DNA of 64,000 nt from positions 96,001 through 160,000 of the forward strand of contig JBGAIQ010000002.1 in NCBI GenBank assembly GCA_044225365.1, written 5' to 3'. The position numbers and the translations under genes were made by a program. How positions within the stretch are numbered: the first letter of the stretch is position 1; each line of letters opens with the position of its first letter. A model generated the notes under the pieces. The model was not told the DNA's origin. It ran no database searches and saw only the letters and a program-made list of their open reading frames with translations. Positions 58,552-64,000 of this stretch are shown here, in pieces. The stretch comes from Planctomycetota bacterium (GTDB lineage: Bacteria; Planctomycetota; B15-G4; JADJEK01).

Positions 58552-59790
58552 ATGATCCTGCAGCTCCTGAAGCCGCTTTTCGGACTCTTCGTTGCCGCGA
58601 CGCCGAGCCTTGCGCCGAATCATCTGCTCGTGACTTCGTTCACGAGCGGAAGCCTGCTCGACATCGCTCCCGGAAACACCATCTCCGGTTCGTTCGATCT
58701 CGCCGCGCTCGGAATCGCGCCGATGGGCGTCGCTGTCGGCCCGAACGGCAAGGTCTACGTCTCGGACAACAACGGCAATCGCGTGGTCGTACTCGACGCG
58801 AGCGGCGCGATCGTCTCCGAGATCGGCGCCGGCTCGGGTCTCGTCACTCCCCGCGGTCTCGCGTTCGGACCCGATGGCGAGTTGTACGTCAGCACTGCCG
58901 CGGGGATCCCGCTCTACGTGTTCAACGCGGCGGGCGAGAAGGTCGCGGAGTACGGGAAGTCCGAAGGCGTGCTGCGAGCCGAGGGACTCGAGGTGGGCAT
59001 CGATGGCCACATCTTCGTCGCGTCGCAGCGCGATGACGACATCTACGAGTTCGACAGTTCGGGAGTGCTCGTTCGTCAGATCGGCAAGGACGCGGGCCTC
59101 GACGATCCGATCGGGATCGCCTTTGGCCGCGACGGGCTGATGTACGTGGCGTCCGAGAATCACAACGAGATCGTGGTGTTCGGACCGAGCGGCGATGTGG
59201 TGGGGAGCTTCGGTAAGGCCGAAGGAGTGGAGATGCCGATCGGACTCACGATCGGCCCCGACAATCGCGTGTACGTCGCGTGTTTCGACCAGAATCTGGT
59301 TCACGTCTTCGACGTGAACGGCGCGGTCGCGACGAGTCACACGACGATCGTGGTTCCCGGCAATCCGGCGTTCCTCGCATTCGTACCGTTCCGACTTCCC
59401 ATCGAGCTCGACGGCGATCTCGCGTTCACGGGAGCGTTCGAGAAGCACCACATCGAAACGGCGACGCTCGTCTACTCGCCGGGCGTCGGCCCGGCTTCGA
59501 TCGTATTGAAGGACGTCGATACCTCGACGGATCTCGCCACCACGTTCAGCGCGATTCAGCTCGTCTTCCACGGTCAGCACGCGTCGGTCGATGCGACGAC
59601 GACGAAGCGTCTCTTCATGGGCACGCAGATTCCTCGCCTCGCGATGAATCGGGGCGCGGCCTCGCTCTCCCTGCGCGTGACGACGCAGCAAGGGGACTTC
59701 GGTTTCCCGACCGTGAAGAAGGTCGAAGGCACGCTCGAGCGCGCGCGCGCCGGGACGATCTTCCGGGGCGATATCCGGCTCAAGGGATGA
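58552..59790 (+). CDS. Secreted NHL-repeat beta-propeller protein
   Basis: PMGVAVGPNGKVYVSD, PRGLAFGPDGELYV, PIGIAFGRDGLMYVA, PIGLTIGPDNRVYV. Confidence 0.85.
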   Translation: MILQLLKPLFGLFVAATPSLAPNHLLVTSFTSGSLLDIAPGNTISGSFDLAALGIAPMGVAVGPNGKVYVSDNNGNRVVVLDASGAIVSEIGAGSGLVTPRGLAFGPDGELYVSTAAGIPLYVFNAAGEKVAEYGKSEGVLRAEGLEVGIDGHIFVASQRDDDIYEFDSSGVLVRQIGKDAGLDDPIGIAFGRDGLMYVASENHNEIVVFGPSGDVVGSFGKAEGVEMPIGLTIGPDNRVYVACFDQNLVHVFDVNGAVATSHTTIVVPGNPAFLAFVPFRLPIELDGDLAFTGAFEKHHIETATLVYSPGVGPASIVLKDVDTSTDLATTFSAIQLVFHGQHASVDATTTKRLFMGTQIPRLAMNRGAASLSLRVTTQQGDFGFPTVKKVEGTLERARAGTIFRGDIRLKG

Positions 59791-59850
59791 GCGCCGTTTC
59801 GGCGTCCCGCGATATCGAAGCCGCGGGCGCCTTGCTACGCTGTCCCGCCG

Positions 59851-60783
59851 ATGATCCTGACCGTCACGCTCAACCCGTGTCTGCATAAGTTCGTCAAGTT
59901 CCGTGGCGCGCTCGAGGGAAGGCTCGTGTTGCGGCCCGTCGAAACGGCCTTTCAGGGCGGGGGCAAGGGCATCAACGCGGCGCGCATCGTGTCGCGATTC
60001 CAAGGCGATGTAACGGCGCTCACGTTTGCGGGCGGCGCCATCGGCGATCTCTTCGAACAGGTCGTCCGGGCCGAGGGAATCCGACTCGAGGTCGTCCGCG
60101 TGCGCCGTCCGATGCGAATGAGCACGATGGTCTTCGGCATCGATTGCGAGCAGTTCCGCGAGTTCCTCGAGGCCGGTTCGCCCGTCGACGACGAGGAATG
60201 CGATCGCATGCGCGAACGCTTCGACGCCCTGGTCGAGAGTGCGTCGATCGTCACATTGAATGGTTCCGTACCCGATCCGCGCCTCGATTCGTTCTTCGCG
60301 GACGCGACACGCAGGGCGACGGCGCTCGGCAAGCGCGTCCTCGTCGATACCTATGGTCTCGCCGCCCCGAGAGCGGCGGGCGCGAAGCCCTTCTTCCTCA
60401 AGGCCAACCTCGACGAGATCCACGACTCGTTCGCGATCGCGGTGAACAGCGATGCCGCGGTCGACGAATTCGCGAAGCGGCAGCTCGCGGCGGGCGTCGA
60501 GAACCTCCTCATTACGAACGGCGAGGAGCCGGCCCGCCTCTACACGAAGTCCGGCGCGTATCGCGTGATCCCGCCGCGCGTGAAGGAGATCAATCCGGTC
60601 GGCAGCGGCGACGCGATGCTCGGTATCCTCGCGCTCGAGCTGGACCGCGGGATGAGCGTTCTCGCGGCCGTGAAGCGCGCGACGGCCGCGGGCTCGGCGA
60701 ATGCCGAGAAACTCGAGATCTGCGCATTCAGTTCGGCTCGTCTCGACGAGCTCGAGCGATCGGTCGAGATCAAGCCCGCGTGA
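59851..60783 (+). CDS. 1-phosphofructokinase-family (PfkB) sugar kinase
   Basis: MILTVTLNP, GGKGINAAR, LKANLDE, NPVGSGDA. Confidence 0.9.
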   Translation: MILTVTLNPCLHKFVKFRGALEGRLVLRPVETAFQGGGKGINAARIVSRFQGDVTALTFAGGAIGDLFEQVVRAEGIRLEVVRVRRPMRMSTMVFGIDCEQFREFLEAGSPVDDEECDRMRERFDALVESASIVTLNGSVPDPRLDSFFADATRRATALGKRVLVDTYGLAAPRAAGAKPFFLKANLDEIHDSFAIAVNSDAAVDEFAKRQLAAGVENLLITNGEEPARLYTKSGAYRVIPPRVKEINPVGSGDAMLGILALELDRGMSVLAAVKRATAAGSANAEKLEICAFSSARLDELERSVEIKPA

Positions 60784-61136
60784 GCCAATCGACGAACGGG
60801 CCGCACGGCGAACCACGTCCGATCGTGAAGCGCGCGGGCGAAGTCGAGGCGCGACCAGCTCGTCGTCCCCTCATGCGATTCCGGAAGCTCCTGTCGGAAG
60901 AAGAGAGCGGGCAGCAGAACTGGATCCTGTCGGAGGCCGAGGAAGGTGCGTTCGTCGAGGATCATCCCGTCGCGCGCAGCGAAGCCTTCTACGTCCTCGA
61001 GGGCGAGATCGACGTCTTCGGTCCCGGTTGGCGCGAGCTCGTTCGCAAGGGTGACTTCATCTACTTCGCGGCCGGTGCATCCCATGGGATGCGGGTGATT
61101 CGCGGTCCGGCGCGATATCTCGTCGTCTTCGCCTGA
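60780..61136 (+). CDS. Cupin domain protein
   Basis: H...EAFYVLEGE...GDFIYFAAGASH. GTGA overlap with the kinase stop. Confidence 0.75.
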   Translation: MSQSTNGPHGEPRPIVKRAGEVEARPARRPLMRFRKLLSEEESGQQNWILSEAEEGAFVEDHPVARSEAFYVLEGEIDVFGPGWRELVRKGDFIYFAAGASHGMRVIRGPARYLVVFA

Positions 61137-62657
61137 TCAGGGAAACACCCCTTCGAAGGTCTCGCCCCGGCGATCCTTCGAAGGCAGCGTTCCCGTGATG
61201 CGTTGATAGACCTCGTAGGCGTCGTCGCGGTAACACAGGTTCCACCCCGGAAGGTCCTTCATCTTCGAAGACACCGGGCGTTCGACGGAGACGAGCACGC
61301 AGTCCGCGTGGTGAGCGTCGAGCGAACTCGCGAACCCACCCTCGGCGGCGAAGAACTTCTGATGCTCCTCGACGACATCGGGCGGGTAGGCGACTTCGTA
61401 GCGGGAGTCGAGACTCACTTTGACCTGTGGATGGAGTTTCCACGAGACGTACGACCCGTCGCCGAACGCGGTCCACAGATTGCCCGAGAACCCGTTCTCC
61501 TTCAGGTACTCGACGGGTCCCACCGGGTAGATCTCGTCGGAACGGTCGATCGAGAACGCGGGAACGCGCAATTCCCAGAAGCGGCGCACGACGGCCTGCG
61601 CCAGCATGGGCACGATCACGATCACCGAGAAGTAGGCGATGAGGAATCTGCGGCGCGCGACGATGCGCTCGATCGCATCGCAGAATGGAGTGGCGGAGAG
61701 CCAGGACGGAAGATGCGCGAACGTCGCGACGGCGAACAGCGGTACGAAACGCTGATGCGCCACTGCCTCGGCGAGGAAGAACACGACGATCGGGAGGCCT
61801 GGGAGTCGCGAGAGCCCGCGTTGCGCGATGGCGTAGCCGATCGGCACGAGCGCGATCGCGAAGCTCACGAGAGGCGCCGAGATCTCGCTGTAGAGCGGAT
61901 CCCACTCGGTGATGAGATCGCGAGGCATCGAGAGCGCGCGCCACAAGTACGCGTAGTAGTGAGTTCCCCACGGACCGATCGCGATCAGGGCGAGGAACAT
62001 TGCGGCGACCAGCAGGAGGTGTCGGAACGGCCTTCGGCGCGCGGCGCACTCGAGCGCATGCAGTGCGAGGAGCGGAAAGACGATGACGAAACCGCCGTGG
62101 CAGTTCTGCCACAAGAGTTGGAAGAGCGCGGCCGGCAGGATCCAGCGGCGACCTCCTTCTCGATCGTCGCGCAGGAAGGAGAGGAAGAGTGCGAGACCGA
62201 CGAGGGTGAAGAGATGCGCGCGCACGGTCGCGTAGGCGAACCAAGTGAGTACGACGAAGAGCGGCGAGAGGGCCGCGATCACGTAGGGATGACCGCCGTT
62301 GTGTCGCGCGACTCGCACACCGAGGATGGCGAGCAACGCGACGAGCAGGAACTTCACGAGCACGACCCCGCTGCTGCCGAGGACACCGACCGCGCCGTAC
62401 ACGATCGCGCCGAATCCCCATTCATGATGGACGACGGGGTCGTAGGTCGGTGTGAACGCGAAGGGATCCTTCGTCGGGAACGAGTGAGTCGCGAGGACTT
62501 CGCGCCACAGGGAGAGTTCGTGGAACAGGTCGACGTCGATCGCGCCGCTGCTCGATCCCGCGAAGAGCATCGCGAGGCACGCGACCGCGACGAATCCCAG
62601 CGTGCGGCGATCGAGTGTTCGATCCGGAGCGAACTGGGGATCGACGGGAGCGGTCAT
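61137..62657 (-). CDS. Polytopic membrane protein, putative GT-C fold
   Basis: DVDLFHE...KDPFAFT...HHEW, LWQNCHGGF, ITEW, VSLDSRYEVAY; many TMs. Confidence 0.65.
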   Translation of the reverse strand: MTAPVDPQFAPDRTLDRRTLGFVAVACLAMLFAGSSSGAIDVDLFHELSLWREVLATHSFPTKDPFAFTPTYDPVVHHEWGFGAIVYGAVGVLGSSGVVLVKFLLVALLAILGVRVARHNGGHPYVIAALSPLFVVLTWFAYATVRAHLFTLVGLALFLSFLRDDREGGRRWILPAALFQLLWQNCHGGFVIVFPLLALHALECAARRRPFRHLLLVAAMFLALIAIGPWGTHYYAYLWRALSMPRDLITEWDPLYSEISAPLVSFAIALVPIGYAIAQRGLSRLPGLPIVVFFLAEAVAHQRFVPLFAVATFAHLPSWLSATPFCDAIERIVARRRFLIAYFSVIVIVPMLAQAVVRRFWELRVPAFSIDRSDEIYPVGPVEYLKENGFSGNLWTAFGDGSYVSWKLHPQVKVSLDSRYEVAYPPDVVEEHQKFFAAEGGFASSLDAHHADCVLVSVERPVSSKMKDLPGWNLCYRDDAYEVYQRITGTLPSKDRRGETFEGVFP

Positions 62658-62802
62658 TTCCGATGGCCATGGATCCGGCATCGCAACGCATTCTGATCGC
62701 ACGAGATCTCGAATGCGAGATCTCCGTGGAGTCGAACTCGATCGGGCTTCTTCCCGCGCCGAGGATTCGGCATGATTCGCGCATTCGATTCGGAGGCGTC
62801 CC

Positions 62803-63576
62803 GTGAAGCAACTCGCACTCGCCTGGCTCTGTTCATTCGCGATCGCCTGCGCGTCGAACCCTTCGGGAGAGCGGACTCCCGATCCTGGCGCGGAGGGAGA
62901 GCTGATGGGTCGTCTCGTGGACGTCCGATTCGAGGTCGAAGGAGCGCCTCGTCGCGCAGCGCTCTACGTTCCTGCCGGGTACGAAGCGAGCGATTCGCGT
63001 TGGCCACTCATCGTCTTCCTGCACGGTTTGGGCGAGCGAGGCGATGACGCTCGCGCGCAGACGACCGTCGGGATCTACTCGGCGATCAAGGCGCATCCCG
63101 AGCGGTTTCCGTGCCTCGTGCTCATGCCTCAATGCCCGCTCGATCGGGTGTGGGTGACTCTGTCCGCATCCTGGGCGAACGGAATTCCGGACGCAGAAGA
63201 CCACATCGAGGCAGCGCTCGCGGCCACGCTCGCGCAGTACCGGGTCGATCCGTCGCGCATCGCACTCACGGGACTCTCGATGGGCGGATTCGGAACGCTC
63301 GTCTACGGGGCGAAGCACGTCGATCGTTATCGCGCGCTCGTTGCCGTATGCGGCGGCGGCCGCGCGGAGGACGCTGCGGCGCTCGCGACGCGCCCGCTTT
63401 GGCTGCTGCACGGCGACGCCGACCCGATCGTTCCGCCGCAGTCGTCGCAGGACATGCATGACTCCGTGAAGGCGGCGGGCGGCGACGTCACCCTCACCTT
63501 CTTTCCAGGGGTCGGCCACAACTCCTGGGATCGCGCGTACGAGAAGCCCGAGGTCATCGCCTTCCTGCTGCGCTGA
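62803..63576 (+). CDS. Alpha/beta hydrolase lipoprotein (predicted peptidase/esterase)
   Basis: FAIAC lipobox; PLIVFLHGLGERG, TGLSMGG, HGDAD, GHNSW. GGAGG RBS. Confidence 0.87.
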   Translation: MKQLALAWLCSFAIACASNPSGERTPDPGAEGELMGRLVDVRFEVEGAPRRAALYVPAGYEASDSRWPLIVFLHGLGERGDDARAQTTVGIYSAIKAHPERFPCLVLMPQCPLDRVWVTLSASWANGIPDAEDHIEAALAATLAQYRVDPSRIALTGLSMGGFGTLVYGAKHVDRYRALVAVCGGGRAEDAAALATRPLWLLHGDADPIVPPQSSQDMHDSVKAAGGDVTLTFFPGVGHNSWDRAYEKPEVIAFLLR

Positions 63577-63594
63577 TACGGGACTCGCCTCCCT

Positions 63595-64000
63595 TCACGG
63601 GACTCGTACGGGTCGGACGCCGTTCATCGCGAGCCATGGGTCGAGACGGCGAGCGAGGAGGGCGAGGCGTGCGCTCGGCACCGCCGGGTAGAGGTGATGC
63701 TCGAGGTGATAGGTCAGCTCGAGGAAGAGGTGCGGGACGATCCGCCCGCGAAGTGTTCGAGTCTGGGTGAGGCTCGTCGATCCGTAACCGTGATGCGGCA
63801 GGTGGACCGTGAACGCGGGATAGATCCACGACCCGACGAGCACGAGCGTCGCATAGACGACCATCGCGGCGTCGTGGATCCAGAAGCCCACGACCGGAAA
63901 CAGGATCGCGAACGCGGCTTCGGCGAGCAGGAACGCGCGCTCCCGTCGATTCGACCTCGATCGCTGCCAAGCCCAGCACCACAAGCGCGGCAGGAAGAAG
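63595..64000 (-). CDS. Fatty acid desaturase family protein (5'-truncated by the window edge)
   Basis: His boxes VHLPHH and YHLEHHLYP; TM segments. Confidence 0.75.
   Translation of the reverse strand, partial: FFLPRLWCWAWQRSRSNRRERAFLLAEAAFAILFPVVGFWIHDAAMVVYATLVLVGSWIYPAFTVHLPHHGYGSTSLTQTRTLRGRIVPHLFLELTYHLEHHLYPAVPSARLALLARRLDPWLAMNGVRPVRVP

Overview
This is a GC-rich bacterial chromosomal window, most likely Planctomycetota. The assignment rests on a PSCyt1/DUF1549/DUF1553 + DUF1501 pair, a Ser/Thr kinase-FGE fusion, a DsbH-like thioredoxin, and HEAT and FG-GAP proteins. I can support about 48 genes; I saw no rRNA, tRNA or CRISPR array. Most long antisense ORFs in the track are high-GC shadows. 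The best candidate for a novel system is a five-gene small-GTPase operon at 12376-18967. It encodes a DUF4388-TPR-TM-PEGA-beta-propeller protein, a TPR-roadblock fusion, a stand-alone roadblock protein, a Myxococcus-type MglA with a Pro/Ala linker and a C-terminal membrane anchor, and a canonical MglB. Other highlights are: (1) an island of about 4.6 kb (25245-29898) bounded by a diverged direct repeat of a HEAT-lipoprotein 3' end, carrying REP-like palindromes, two IS66 remnants and a DUF1254/DUF1214 pair; (2) an orphan protein with 11-mer amphipathic repeats; (3) a probable G-run frameshift at 41585; (4) a polyprenyl-linked sugar modification operon (45818-53661); and (5) a TMTC-like GT-C with altered motifs. 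All family calls come from motif recognition by eye; no database search was run.
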